A stretch of 64,000 nt of DNA, from contig JAFIFV010000125.1 of NCBI GenBank assembly GCA_020831845.1, positions 714 through 64,713 on the forward strand. The letters are read 5' to 3'. The DNA is from Ectothiorhodospiraceae bacterium (GTDB lineage Bacteria; Pseudomonadota; Gammaproteobacteria; Nitrococcales; Aquisalimonadaceae). Below are positions 35,260-45,529 of this stretch, one piece after another (positions within the stretch are counted from its first letter, which is position 1; each line of letters starts with the position of its first letter). The notes below the pieces were generated by a model that was given only the letters and a program-made list of their open reading frames with translations, had not been told where the DNA came from and made no database searches. The position numbers and the translations under genes were made by a program.

Positions 35260-36218
35260 CTCGCTTCATCCGTTCCGGCTGCTCCGCACGCCTCGAGTGA
35301 CGGGTTACTGGACCAGATCTCCGGCTCTCCCTCCGGCGATCGCACCAGAACACCGTTCAGCAAGACCTGCAGTCGCCCCCCGCCACGGCAGAGGTATTCC
35401 TTCTCGAACGGCCCGAAACGGCCGAGTTTCCTGAGATTTTCCAATTGCTGCAATTGCGTATCCACGAACTCCGCGGGGGTGATATCCCAATCGGTCATGG
35501 CCAGGAACTCGTTTTCCCGGTAGCCGGTCATGCGCAGCATTTCTGGATTCGCTTCCAGCAACCGGCCATCCGACAGCCGTTCGCGTACCATGCCGACCGG
35601 GGCGAGGTCGTGCAGGGTTTGCAAGCGCTTGGCTATGCGCTGCTGCTCCTCCGCCACTTGCCGCAACTGCATCTGGCTGATTGCCTGGCGGGCCAGCGCT
35701 TTCAGTGCCTCCTGCTCCGAGTTGGAGAACGTGCGCGGACGCGTATCCAGGACGCACAGCGTGCCCAGCGCGTCGCCCTCCGGCGTTACCAGTGGCGCGC
35801 CGGCGTAAAAGCGCAGCCATGGCTCACCCACCACCGCGCGGTGCCCGCGGAAACGGGGATCCTGCTGTGTGTCCTCCACCACCATGACATGTCTTGGAGC
35901 ATTGATGGCGTAGGCGCAGAACGCCTCGTCGCGCCGGGTTTCGCTCTCCTCGAATCCGACGCTTGCCTTGAACCACTGGCGCTCCTCGCCGATGAGTGTT
36001 ACCAGCGCGATCGGCACCTCGAACAGTCTGCTTGCGAGAAGCACCAGATCATCGAAGCCCTGCTCCCTGGGCGTGTCCATGACCCGGTAGGCTCGCAGTT
36101 GCTCGACCCTACGCTGCTCGTTCTCGGGAACCGGCGGCTTCAAGCTGCTCTCCGTCTCTGGTGGTGGCCCACGGCTACTCCAGAGCGTACTCGCCGATAC
36201 CGAGATCGGGCAATCCAC
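35097..36218 (-). CDS. GAF-PAS sensor protein (no output domain)
   Basis: ENEQRRVEQLRAYRVMDTPREQGFDDL GAF-type N-terminus, then a PAS domain. The last ~54 codons overlap the CheY gene in another frame. Confidence 0.7.
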   Translation of the reverse strand: MDCPISVSASTLWSSRGPPPETESSLKPPVPENEQRRVEQLRAYRVMDTPREQGFDDLVLLASRLFEVPIALVTLIGEERQWFKASVGFEESETRRDEAFCAYAINAPRHVMVVEDTQQDPRFRGHRAVVGEPWLRFYAGAPLVTPEGDALGTLCVLDTRPRTFSNSEQEALKALARQAISQMQLRQVAEEQQRIAKRLQTLHDLAPVGMVRERLSDGRLLEANPEMLRMTGYRENEFLAMTDWDITPAEFVDTQLQQLENLRKLGRFGPFEKEYLCRGGGRLQVLLNGVLVRSPEGEPEIWSSNPSLEACGAAGTDEARCWSVYCTWRMIRISRRWHSSPWRSLAVIGFTFAAPSSRHWAKPRASGHSCCWT

Positions 36219-36240
36219 CCACGCAGAAGAACCGAGGCGA

Positions 36241-36762
36241 TCAATAGGCGTCGGTAAAGCGCTGGATGACCACCTGCATGGCTTCCCGCCACCGCCGCTC
36301 CAGCGCGGGAGTCAACTGCGGATCGCTCTCGCGAATGGTCTGGACCAGGCTTTCCAGCCAGCAGGTGTAATAGCGCGGCTCCACAGGGGCACGCCCAGCC
36401 CGGCTATGCACGTGGGCCATCGTGGCGACGCCCTCCTCGACGAACGACTCGCCGCCGGCATACATCAGGGCCGTGCTGATCCCTCGGCGCAGCGCGCGGC
36501 GCTGGGCGCTGAAATCGGTCCTGGCGAAAGCGGGCCGCATGGCCGGGTGGCTCTCCATCAGCACCTCGTAGAATCGATCGATGAAGCGTTTGGTCTGCAG
36601 ACAGCGGCCATAGCTTTGCTGTACGTCGTGGTAACGATCCAACTCCGGTTCCCCCCTGCTTGATCCAAGCAGGCAAGATGCCGACACCGGCGGCCGGGGG
36701 TCTTGACCTGCATCAATCGGATGAGGGAACCCGGGTCTCCCCGACAAGCTGATCACCGCCAT
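36241..36762 (-). CDS. single-domain sensor-type globin
   Basis: VQQSYGRCL..FIDRFYEVLMESHPAMRPAFARTDFSAQRRALRRGIS..MAHVHSR. resembles protoglobin/globin-coupled-sensor globin domains. Start uncertain (a TTG at 36642 would remove the overlap with the upstream gene). Confidence 0.65.
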   Translation of the reverse strand: MAVISLSGRPGFPHPIDAGQDPRPPVSASCLLGSSRGEPELDRYHDVQQSYGRCLQTKRFIDRFYEVLMESHPAMRPAFARTDFSAQRRALRRGISTALMYAGGESFVEEGVATMAHVHSRAGRAPVEPRYYTCWLESLVQTIRESDPQLTPALERRWREAMQVVIQRFTDAY

Positions 36763-38827
36763 AGAACCTCATCGTATTACGCCCGGCTGCCTTGGCCTCG
36801 TAGAGCGCTATATCGGCACGCTTGATAATGCTGTCTGCGGTATCCCCGGTATCACCGTAGAGACTGACACCGATACTTGCCGAGCCCTGGTAGGTGCCGC
36901 CGGGCATGTGCTCCATCCGGTAGGCCTGGTTCAGCGCCGCTCCGATCTGCTGTGCCAACCGCTCGGCACACCTGGCAGCAATCTCCCTGTCCGGCGAAAG
37001 ACCGCCCAGCATCACGATGAACTCGTCCCCGCCCAACCTGGCGACGGTATCGCTTTTCCTGGCGCAACTGGTCAGGCGGCCTGCCACCTGGACCAGCAAC
37101 TCGTCACCGACGTCATGGCCCCAGGTATCGTTCAGCCGCTTGAAATAGTCCAGGTCCACGAACAGCAAGGCCCCGTGCGTGCCGGAGCGGAGTGCCGCCT
37201 TCAGGCCGTGGTCCAGGCGGTCCGCCAGCAGGCGGCGATTCGGCAATTGCGTGAGCGGATCCTGGAACGCCAGTTTCCGGATGGTTTCCTCGGCCTTCTT
37301 GCGCTCCGTAATATCGGAGAACGCAAGCACGTAGTGCGAAACCCAGCCCTCGGCACTTTTCACCGCGGTCGCCATCGCCCAGGCGGGAAAGTCCGCACCG
37401 GTTGCCGACCTGACCCAGAGTTCGCCCTCCCAGCGGGATTGGTGGCGGACCGTCTCGGCCATGGTCTCGTAGAAAGCCGGTTCGTGGCTGGGTGTGCGGA
37501 ACATGCTCAGCGGCTGCCCCACCGCCTGCTCCGGCAGGTAACCGGTCAGTTCCGTGAACCGGCGATTCACCCGGATGATGGTTCTGCACTGGTCGGTTAC
37601 CAGCATGCCCTGCTGCGACTCGAAGGCGACAGCGGCAATGCGCAACTCCTCTTCCGCCTGCTTGCGCTCGGTGATGTCATGCAGCACGCAATGGAAACGG
37701 ACGAAGCTACCGCTGACGTCGCGTTGCACGCGCATATCCATGACAACCGTGAGCGCCTCCCCATCGGACCGCAGCAGTTCCAGTTCGGCCCGCATCTGCC
37801 GCCGATGCGAGGCCTTGCTGAACAATTCAGCGTTGCGCTCCAGCGTGGCCGCGCTCCAAAGCTGCTGGAACGGCTTGCCGAGCAGATCCTCGGCGTCGAA
37901 ATCCACCAGATCAAGCAGAGGCCCGTTCATGTCCTGGACCGCGCCGTAGTGATCCAGCGCCAGATAGGCAACAGGCGAATGCTCGAACAGTTCCCGGAAC
38001 CGGGCTTCGCTCTCCCGAAGCGCCTGTTCGGCACGCACGTGCTCGGTCAGGTCGATGTTGGTACCGGCAATCCGAACGGGGTCACCCGCGTTGTTCCGCA
38101 CGATGAACCCGCGTGAATCCACCGGCACATAATGGCCCTGCTTGTGGCGAAGCCGGAACGTAATGGCGTAGTTGTCAGGCCCCTTGGCGAGAAACCCCGC
38201 GAGCGCCTTGTTGACCCGCTCACGGTCTTCCGGGTGCATGAACTCCCGCCACAGCTCTTCGCGCGGCTCGAGTTCACCCACCGCATAGCCGAGCATGCCC
38301 CACCAGCGGGGGGAGTAATAAAGTGCGCCTGATTCCAGGTCCCAGTCCCAGAGCGCGTCGTTTGCCCCCTTCAGCGCCAGAGCAAGCCTCTCCTCGCTGC
38401 GCTCCAGCGCCTCGCCCGCCTTGCGACGTTCAGTGATATCGGTCATGAAACCGTGCCAGAGGACGCTGCCGTCCTCCAGCCGCCGGGGCGTCGCATGACC
38501 CTCCAGCCACCGCAAACCCTTGCGGGGCAGGATGATTCTTCCTTCATCGCGCCAGACATCCAGGGTCAGCGCCGAGCGCCGGATACCCGCTTCAATACGT
38601 TCGAGGTCGTCGGGATGTATCCGCTGGAACACCTGCTCGGCGCTTCTGCTCAACACGTTCGGGGACAACTCGAACAGTTCGTTCGCGGCATCGTTGACAT
38701 AGGGGTAGCAGGAGGAACCGTCGGGACGCAGCAGGAACTGGAAAATCACGCCGGGCACCTGGGAGGCGAGTTCCTCAAGCAGCTTGGCTTTCCAGACATC
38801 GGCAGGTGTCTTTCGGTCGGAACTCAT
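36713..38827 (-). CDS. multi-PAS diguanylate cyclase
   Basis: Several PAS/PAC repeats (..DITERK.. x3), GGDEF domain with RKSD I-site and GGDEF. Confidence 0.85.
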   Translation of the reverse strand: MSSDRKTPADVWKAKLLEELASQVPGVIFQFLLRPDGSSCYPYVNDAANELFELSPNVLSRSAEQVFQRIHPDDLERIEAGIRRSALTLDVWRDEGRIILPRKGLRWLEGHATPRRLEDGSVLWHGFMTDITERRKAGEALERSEERLALALKGANDALWDWDLESGALYYSPRWWGMLGYAVGELEPREELWREFMHPEDRERVNKALAGFLAKGPDNYAITFRLRHKQGHYVPVDSRGFIVRNNAGDPVRIAGTNIDLTEHVRAEQALRESEARFRELFEHSPVAYLALDHYGAVQDMNGPLLDLVDFDAEDLLGKPFQQLWSAATLERNAELFSKASHRRQMRAELELLRSDGEALTVVMDMRVQRDVSGSFVRFHCVLHDITERKQAEEELRIAAVAFESQQGMLVTDQCRTIIRVNRRFTELTGYLPEQAVGQPLSMFRTPSHEPAFYETMAETVRHQSRWEGELWVRSATGADFPAWAMATAVKSAEGWVSHYVLAFSDITERKKAEETIRKLAFQDPLTQLPNRRLLADRLDHGLKAALRSGTHGALLFVDLDYFKRLNDTWGHDVGDELLVQVAGRLTSCARKSDTVARLGGDEFIVMLGGLSPDREIAARCAERLAQQIGAALNQAYRMEHMPGGTYQGSASIGVSLYGDTGDTADSIIKRADIALYEAKAAGRNTMRFYGGDQLVGETRVPSSD

Positions 38828-39029
38828 TCGACAGGCCCACTCCCGTTCAGTTTCGCAGGGAATGCGCCCACAGAGTCCCGAACGCCGTGCCGGGAATCGT
38901 GAGAGCGTCCCTGGCGTTCAGCCGTTCCGCGGAGTGCGTTTTCGCTTTTCAGCAACCAGCGCATTCAACGCGCCAGCGTGCCTCTTTTCTTACAAGTAAA
39001 GTACAGCAGCCCGTTACCCGCAACACGCG

Positions 39030-39500
39030 TTAGCCGCCTCTACCGGCCCCAATGCCTTCCGGCTGGACCACGAAGCGCCCTTCCAGCGTGCCGACAACGA
39101 TGTCTCCCAGCAGCAACTGTGCCTGCAATTCCAGTCGGGCGGGCCGCTTGCGCCCAAGCAGCGAAACCGCCTTTTCCCAGTCCGGCGCGGCAGGCGCTTG
39201 CGCCACCGCCAGGAAATCGCCGGCAATCGGTTTCAAGTAGTTCATGGTGTGGCTCTGGATGACCACGTTGCCCGGGATGCCTGCAGCCCGCAGCCTGGCC
39301 ACCACCATCAGCCAGGCTGACAAAACGCCAATGGCCGCGGCGCTGCCGCCGAACACCGTGCCCTGATGATTGACATTCGGAGTCAGCGGCGCGGAGAGCG
39401 TCAACGTGGACTCATCGGCCTGCTCGAGATGCACTTCCATGGCCCGCGCCATGGGTATGCGATCGAGCATATAGCGTTCCAGTTCATGAAGGTCCGGCAC
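39030..39500 (-). CDS. YiiD C-terminal-type hotdog thioesterase
   Basis: ..PNVNHQGTVFGGSAAAIGVLSAW.. pattern and size. Confidence 0.65.
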   Translation of the reverse strand: MPDLHELERYMLDRIPMARAMEVHLEQADESTLTLSAPLTPNVNHQGTVFGGSAAAIGVLSAWLMVVARLRAAGIPGNVVIQSHTMNYLKPIAGDFLAVAQAPAAPDWEKAVSLLGRKRPARLELQAQLLLGDIVVGTLEGRFVVQPEGIGAGRGG

Positions 39501-39510
39501 GACTATTTCC

Positions 39511-40035
39511 TCAAAGCACTTTTCGCAGAATCTCGAATTCCAGCGCGGCTACCTTCGGAATGCCGAACCGCTCCGACGCGGGGAAAGGCTGGCGTTCACC
39601 TGTGGTCTGGTATCCGCGACGGTGGTAATAGGCAATGAGCTCATGCCTGAGCGTAATCACCGCCATCAGCATGTTCCGCGCCTGCCATCTGGCACGGGCG
39701 AAACCCTCTGCCTCCGCCATCAGCCACTTGCCGATGCCCGCCCCCTGCATGCCCGGTCGCACTGTCAGCATGCCCAGATGGACAGCGTCGCCATCCAGGC
39801 GCAAGTGAACCACTCCCACCAGCCTGGATTGCTGGAACCCGAGCAGGAAGACGGAGTCAGCCATCGCCATCAGTTCGGAAATTTCTTCCTCGTCGGTACG
39901 CTGACCTCCGAGGAGATCGGCCTCCGTGGTCCACCCCAGGCGGCTGCTGTCGCCGCGGTAACCGGCGTTCACCAGCGCGACGATGTCGGGAATATCCGCG
40001 CCCCCCGCCCGCCGCACATGCAGCGCCTGCTCCAT
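39511..40035 (-). CDS. GNAT family N-acetyltransferase
   Basis: Acetyl-CoA motif LTVRPGMQGAGIGKWLM. Confidence 0.8.
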   Translation of the reverse strand: MEQALHVRRAGGADIPDIVALVNAGYRGDSSRLGWTTEADLLGGQRTDEEEISELMAMADSVFLLGFQQSRLVGVVHLRLDGDAVHLGMLTVRPGMQGAGIGKWLMAEAEGFARARWQARNMLMAVITLRHELIAYYHRRGYQTTGERQPFPASERFGIPKVAALEFEILRKVL

Positions 40036-40752
40036 CTACAAGGCAGCCTCGTAGGCCTGTTTGCGGCGGGTGAACTCCGCGATGAATTCCTGCAAGCGTT
40101 CCTCGTCGTACTCCCGCAGGCCACTGATCACCAGCTTCTTGGAGCCGCTGCCCACCGACTGCCCACCTGCGGTAATACGGAAATGCAGCCGCGACTCCCC
40201 GCGCTTGCCGGCAACGTCCATGGACGCGCTGGCCAGTTCCATGTCCAGCTCCCGTGCGTCCAGCATGTCCAGTTCGAACCCCATGCTGTCGTAGATGACC
40301 AGCGGGCGATCCGGGTTGAACATGACCTTCTTCTCCGCCATCAGCGGCTTCATGTAGTGGGGAAAATTCTTGCCGGAGAACGCCACGTAACGGCGTACGA
40401 AGGCCTCGATGAAGTCGGGCTCTCTATTGATGCACCCGGAGCGCTCGACGCGCAGGTAGGTCTTGCCGGCATGGTCCACCACGTCGAGCACGGTGTCGTC
40501 TCGGGCGACGATACTCAGCGGCACGTCTGCTCCCACCATACCCTGGAAGATGAACTGCATGCGCTCGGAAACACCCTGATAGGCGAGCACCAGCGCAAAC
40601 AGCAGGTCACCGGGCACACAGAAACGCTTCGCGTCCTCGTCATGAATCGGGTTGTAGTCGCCAGCCACTTCCTTGGCGAAACGGCTGGCCTGCCTCGCAC
40701 TGATGCGGATGGCGCCTTCGGCGGAATCGTGGAACTGGTCAAGAAACATCAA
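40036..40752 (-). CDS. DUF3581 (MaoC-like hotdog) protein
   Basis: FAKEVAGDYNPIHDEDAKRFCVPGDLLF. Stop codon abuts the GNAT start. Confidence 0.7.
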   Translation of the reverse strand: MMFLDQFHDSAEGAIRISARQASRFAKEVAGDYNPIHDEDAKRFCVPGDLLFALVLAYQGVSERMQFIFQGMVGADVPLSIVARDDTVLDVVDHAGKTYLRVERSGCINREPDFIEAFVRRYVAFSGKNFPHYMKPLMAEKKVMFNPDRPLVIYDSMGFELDMLDARELDMELASASMDVAGKRGESRLHFRITAGGQSVGSGSKKLVISGLREYDEERLQEFIAEFTRRKQAYEAAL

Positions 40753-40770
40753 GGGTGCACCTGAGTCTGC

Positions 40771-43700
40771 TCATTCGTTTTCGCGGGGTTCCCCGGCCAT
40801 TCTAGCCGATCCGGGCGAGGAAACGCCCGGGGCTGCAACACCCAGGCTGGGATGCTTTGCCACCGGACGGTCGAGATGATACCCCTGCACCAGGTCCACG
40901 CCCAGCTCACGCAGCATATCAAGCGTCGACGCGTCCTCGACGAATTCCGCGACCACTTTTTTCCCGAGCCCGGACGCAACGTCGATCATCGCCTTCACGA
41001 AGGCCTGGTTGTCGGGGTTGTTGGGCAGGTCGCGAATGAACATGCCGTCGATCTTGAGGATCTGCACGGCCAGGTACTTCAGATAGGCGAAGGTGGAGAA
41101 GCCGGAGCCGAAGTCGTCCAGGCACACCATGCAACCGGTCTGCTGCAGCAGCTCGATGAAGCGCTGGGCGTCCTGCATCTCCGACACGGCTGCCGTTTCG
41201 GTGAGTTCGATGATGAGGCGCTCCGGAGCAACCCCATGCTGTTCCAGCAGCCCCTGGATGTACTGGGGCAGGCCCGGCTCGTCGAAGCTGCGGCCGGAGA
41301 TGTTCACAGCCAGTGCGGGGACCCCGGGGTGCTGCAACAGGGTCTCCACGCTCTTGCGCAACACCCAACGGTCGATCTCCAGGATCTGGCCCGATTTCTC
41401 CGCCACCGGAATGAACTGCCCGGGCATCAGCAGACGATCCTGCGCTCCGGGGTCGTTCATCCGGACCAGGGCCTCCAGATGGCTCAGTTGGCGATTCTCT
41501 GCGTGGTAGACGCCCTGAAAGTGCAGTTCGAAGGCATCCTGCTCCAGCGCCTGGGCAATGCACCTTCCCCACGACATGCGCTCCAGCATGGCTTCGGCGT
41601 CGCCCCTGTTCGGGTCGTAGATCGCCCAGGTGTTCTTGCCCTGGTTCTTGGCCTGGTACATGGCGGTATCCGCATGCGCCACCAGATCCTCGGCCTCCGT
41701 GCCGTGCAGGGGGAAGATGGCGATGCCGACGCTGGCCGTCAGACGGAAATTGCTGCCCCGGAAGCGCAGCGGAATGGACGACACCGCGTGCACCACCCGC
41801 TCGGCCAGGCGCACCGGATCATCCTTGCCGGAGAGCTCCGTCAGAATGGCGAATTCGTCGCCGCCCAGGCGCGCAAACATCTCACCGCTACGCACCAGAC
41901 TGGACACTTCGCCCGCCGCCCTGACCAGCACCGTATCACCGGCCCGGTGGCCGAAGGTGTCGTTGATGTGCTTGAAGTCGTCCAGATCGAAGTACATCAG
42001 TGCGAAACGGGACTCCACGCGGCGTGCTGTCTTGATCATGCGTTCCAGGTGTTCCTGGAAGCGGTGACGGTTGTGCAGTCCGGTCAGCGGATCATGCTCT
42101 GCCAGGTAAACCAGCTGCTGCGCGGTCTGGCGCTCATGGGTCACGTCCTCGTAGATCCACAGCCGGCCGATCAGCCGGCCTTCGGTATCGGTCACCGGGT
42201 AGGACAACTGGGTAAGGACACGGCCGTCGTAGAGATCGAGCTCGAAGCGCTCGCTGATCTCGTGCGTATCCAGCACCTGCAACACATGCCGCGATGCGTG
42301 GTCCGGTCGGGCGAAGCGGTGCGTGGAATGCTCCAGCACCTCTTTGGTCGGACGTCCGACGAGTTGTACGCGATCATCGATCGCCCACATCCGGCGGAAC
42401 GAGGGATTCACGTACTCCACCCGTGAGTCCCTGTCCTCGAACAGAATGCCGATGCTCATGCCGGACAGCAGCGCGGCCATCCTGCCCTGTTCACGCTGAG
42501 CCAGCTCCCGCAGTTCCCGGTGGCGCTGCTCGGATTCCTTGAGTTGCTCCATGGAACGCTGGCGCTCGCTGACATCCTGCAGCGTGCCGACGAAGCGCAC
42601 CGCGCGTCCGGCTCCATCCCGCTGGCAGAAGAACGTCGGCGCCAGGTAGCGCGTTGCGCCGAGATCCGGGTGGGTTCGAAAGACCGCCGGCACCGGGTCC
42701 TCGCCAGTGCTGAGCCCCCGGAAGGCCTCGGCAACCAGCTCCCGATCATCCGGATGAATATGGTCCAGGTAAGTCTCCAGATCGGGGATGCCCCGGGCAG
42801 GGTCAAACCCCAGCAGACGATACATTTCCCTGGACCAGTGTCCTTCGCCGCTCGCCACCTCGATCTCCCAATGGCCCAGCCCGGCGTGGCGCTCCGCCAT
42901 TTCCAGCCGTTCCTTGGCTTCCCTGAGCGCATTCTGGGACGCGACGCGCTCCGAAATGTCGTGGACGATGGCCACGAAACACGGTTCCACGCCAGCCTCC
43001 GCAACGTACTGCAGGAAAACTTCCACCGGTACCCGGTTGCCGGCCCGGGTCATGTGCGCAGTCTCGAACCGGAGAACGCGAATGCTGCCCGCCAGTAGCG
43101 GCGCAATCAGGTCGCGAAACCGGGGTTCCGGGTAGTCCGGCTTGATGTCGTAGGGGTGCATCCGCAGCAGTTCATCCACACGATAGCCGAGCTGTTGCTC
43201 CGCTCCCCTGTTGACGTACGTGAATTCCAGGGAGTCGGCATCGAAGATGAACACCGCGTCCAGCGTCCGGTCGAGAGTATTGCGAAACTGCTCCAGCTCG
43301 ACCCGCGCCTTGTGCAAGGGACTGGCATCCACCACATGCCCTTCCAGGAATTTGAGCTGGTCGTTGTCGTCGAAAACCGGCCGGCCGCGCTCGAAACACC
43401 AGCGCAGCTCTCCGTTGCGGGCGACGAGCCGGTAGCTGACGTGGTAGCTTCGCCGCTGGGCGACCGCTTCCTGGACTTCCTGCCAGACGCGCTCACGGTC
43501 ATCCACATGCAGCAGCCGCTCGAAGGTGATCGTGCGCGAGGAGAGAAAGTCCGAAGCCGGGTAGCCGGTGATCTCCTGTACCTCGCCCGCCATGTAGATC
43601 ATGCTCCATGCCCGGTCGTTGCGGCTGCGGTAGACCAGACCGGTCACTGTCTCCAGCACCCGGACCAGATCACCGGTGGCGCTGGTGCTGATACTGCGGA

Positions 43701-44394
43701 CCAGCGCCACCAGCGCAACGCTTGCCACCACCGTGCAAGCGGCTCTCATCAGCCGGACGGGCACACTGGTCCAGGCCAGGAAATCCGCCTCCGTGGGCAG
43801 CCATCCGGGCAGACCCGCCACCGGCGACAGGATGAAAGGGACAAGCAGGCCGTAACCCAGCAGCGCCACACCGGCGAGGCGCAACCAGGGAACGTAGGCA
43901 CGCAGTTCCTGATACGCCTGCGACACCTGGCTCACCGCCAGCAGGGCCGCAGCGCTCAGCAGCGCACCGGGAAAACCGAGGAATAACCTGGAACCTGCCG
44001 CCAGACCGGCCAGGCTGGCCTCCGCAAGCACGACGCAGAGCAGTACGCCCGCGGCAGCCAGGGGGTACAGAGTCAGGGCTGGAATTCGAGGGCCAGTAGG
44101 CAGATCCCGGAATACTCGCCGACCAAACTCCAGCAACGGCAGATAGGACAGGGGCAACAGGAGGCGTACGGCGTACTCCAGCCACATTGCGGGCTCACGG
44201 CTCATCTCCCAGCCGAGGAAGATCACAAGGCCATGGAGCAGCCCGAACAGGCCAAGCAGCCATAAATGCGGAGCAAGCAACAGCGCTCCCCCGCGGCGCG
44301 GCAGCATCAGGGCGACCACCCCGAGCACCACAAAGGCCAGACCCTGAATCTGGTATACCAACCCAAGGTGCAAAATCGACCAGTCAATCAACAA
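40771..44394 (-). CDS. membrane-anchored multi-PAS GGDEF-EAL protein
   Basis: N-terminal polytopic region (~230 aa), PAS repeats, GGDEF (ARLGGDEF), EAL (EALVRMN, DDFGSGFS). Confidence 0.9.
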   Translation of the reverse strand: MLIDWSILHLGLVYQIQGLAFVVLGVVALMLPRRGGALLLAPHLWLLGLFGLLHGLVIFLGWEMSREPAMWLEYAVRLLLPLSYLPLLEFGRRVFRDLPTGPRIPALTLYPLAAAGVLLCVVLAEASLAGLAAGSRLFLGFPGALLSAAALLAVSQVSQAYQELRAYVPWLRLAGVALLGYGLLVPFILSPVAGLPGWLPTEADFLAWTSVPVRLMRAACTVVASVALVALVRSISTSATGDLVRVLETVTGLVYRSRNDRAWSMIYMAGEVQEITGYPASDFLSSRTITFERLLHVDDRERVWQEVQEAVAQRRSYHVSYRLVARNGELRWCFERGRPVFDDNDQLKFLEGHVVDASPLHKARVELEQFRNTLDRTLDAVFIFDADSLEFTYVNRGAEQQLGYRVDELLRMHPYDIKPDYPEPRFRDLIAPLLAGSIRVLRFETAHMTRAGNRVPVEVFLQYVAEAGVEPCFVAIVHDISERVASQNALREAKERLEMAERHAGLGHWEIEVASGEGHWSREMYRLLGFDPARGIPDLETYLDHIHPDDRELVAEAFRGLSTGEDPVPAVFRTHPDLGATRYLAPTFFCQRDGAGRAVRFVGTLQDVSERQRSMEQLKESEQRHRELRELAQREQGRMAALLSGMSIGILFEDRDSRVEYVNPSFRRMWAIDDRVQLVGRPTKEVLEHSTHRFARPDHASRHVLQVLDTHEISERFELDLYDGRVLTQLSYPVTDTEGRLIGRLWIYEDVTHERQTAQQLVYLAEHDPLTGLHNRHRFQEHLERMIKTARRVESRFALMYFDLDDFKHINDTFGHRAGDTVLVRAAGEVSSLVRSGEMFARLGGDEFAILTELSGKDDPVRLAERVVHAVSSIPLRFRGSNFRLTASVGIAIFPLHGTEAEDLVAHADTAMYQAKNQGKNTWAIYDPNRGDAEAMLERMSWGRCIAQALEQDAFELHFQGVYHAENRQLSHLEALVRMNDPGAQDRLLMPGQFIPVAEKSGQILEIDRWVLRKSVETLLQHPGVPALAVNISGRSFDEPGLPQYIQGLLEQHGVAPERLIIELTETAAVSEMQDAQRFIELLQQTGCMVCLDDFGSGFSTFAYLKYLAVQILKIDGMFIRDLPNNPDNQAFVKAMIDVASGLGKKVVAEFVEDASTLDMLRELGVDLVQGYHLDRPVAKHPSLGVAAPGVSSPGSARMAGEPRENE

Positions 44395-44425
44395 GTGCCG
44401 CCATCCCAGGGTTCACCGTGCCCTT

Positions 44426-44908
44426 TCAGAAGTACCCCACCAACCGCCCGAGCAGCAGCACCATCAGCCAACCGCAGAGCGACATCACTGCCGCCACACG
44501 GACGGTTATCGGCAGCCTGCCGGTGGATAATAGCCAGAAATCCCGGCTTACCGGCCAGAGCCGCAATGCCAGGATATTCAGCAAGCCCACCACCAGCACC
44601 GCCATCTTCAACAGGAACAGACTGGAGTCCGTGTACTCGGTGGCCCGCGTCATGAAGAGCAGTATGCCGGTAAGCAGTGCAAGGCCGAAGCCCACCGCAG
44701 CCATTCGGGAGAGCACGCGCCAGAGTGGGCGGAGCGGCACGCTGGGCCAGACCCCCAGCAGCCGCAGATCCAGCGGCACGATTGCACCCACGAGCAAGGC
44801 AACCCCGAGAATATGCCCAGCATTGACCAGCGGGTAGAGCAGGAAGGAGCGCCTCAGGCCGGCGGCGAGCGACATGGCCTCGAGTGCGGCCAGCCACTCC
44901 CCGATCAA
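44426..44908 (-). CDS. integral membrane protein (hypothetical, about 4 TM)
   Basis: Hydrophobicity pattern. Co-directional with the upstream small secreted protein. Confidence 0.55.
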   Translation of the reverse strand: MIGEWLAALEAMSLAAGLRRSFLLYPLVNAGHILGVALLVGAIVPLDLRLLGVWPSVPLRPLWRVLSRMAAVGFGLALLTGILLFMTRATEYTDSSLFLLKMAVLVVGLLNILALRLWPVSRDFWLLSTGRLPITVRVAAVMSLCGWLMVLLLGRLVGYF

Positions 44909-44950
44909 GCGCCGAGGCTCCCGGGATTCATGGTCAGTCCAAGGTCGACA

Positions 44951-45337
44951 TCACGGGACCCGCCCCGGGTACAAATCATGATTATGCCCATCGATCACCA
45001 CCCGTACCGCCTTGATCAGGCGTTCTTCTTCGTTCGCGGACCGGTTGCCGATAACGGTGATCATCGCACCTTCGGTGAGCAGTTCCTCGGTCAGGCCGGC
45101 CCGCTCGTTACGCCAGGGCTGGCCGACTTCCGCCGTCCACTCCCCGTCCGCGGTCTGCATATCCACCTCACCGTGGGGATTGCCCAGACGCACATCCGTG
45201 ATACGGCCGCTGATCTCGACGAGTTCGTCCTCGGCCCAGCCCCAGCCATGGTGGGCCATCGCTGTCACGGTGACAAGGATGCCGGCAAAGGCCAGCATCA
45301 ATCCGGACGAAAACGGATTTCTTCTCATGGCCTGCAT
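44951..45337 (-). CDS. small secreted DUF6152-like protein
   Basis: Signal peptide ending ..AMAHHGW, plus a later NPHGE motif. Confidence 0.5.
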   Translation of the reverse strand: MQAMRRNPFSSGLMLAFAGILVTVTAMAHHGWGWAEDELVEISGRITDVRLGNPHGEVDMQTADGEWTAEVGQPWRNERAGLTEELLTEGAMITVIGNRSANEEERLIKAVRVVIDGHNHDLYPGRVP

Positions 45338-45529
45338 GTCTCAACCTCCTGCGCCTGCCTTGGGAGCTGCCGAACCATTTCCGCGGTCGCGATAATACGT
45401 CGAAGGCTCCCTCGGCGTTATCGGTAGAGGCATAGACCAGAAAAACGGCCGGCGGTTGCCGACATCGTCAGGCTGCTGCCCGCAGCGGAGGACTGCTCCG
45501 GACAGCAGAACCGGAACGCATGCCGGGCC

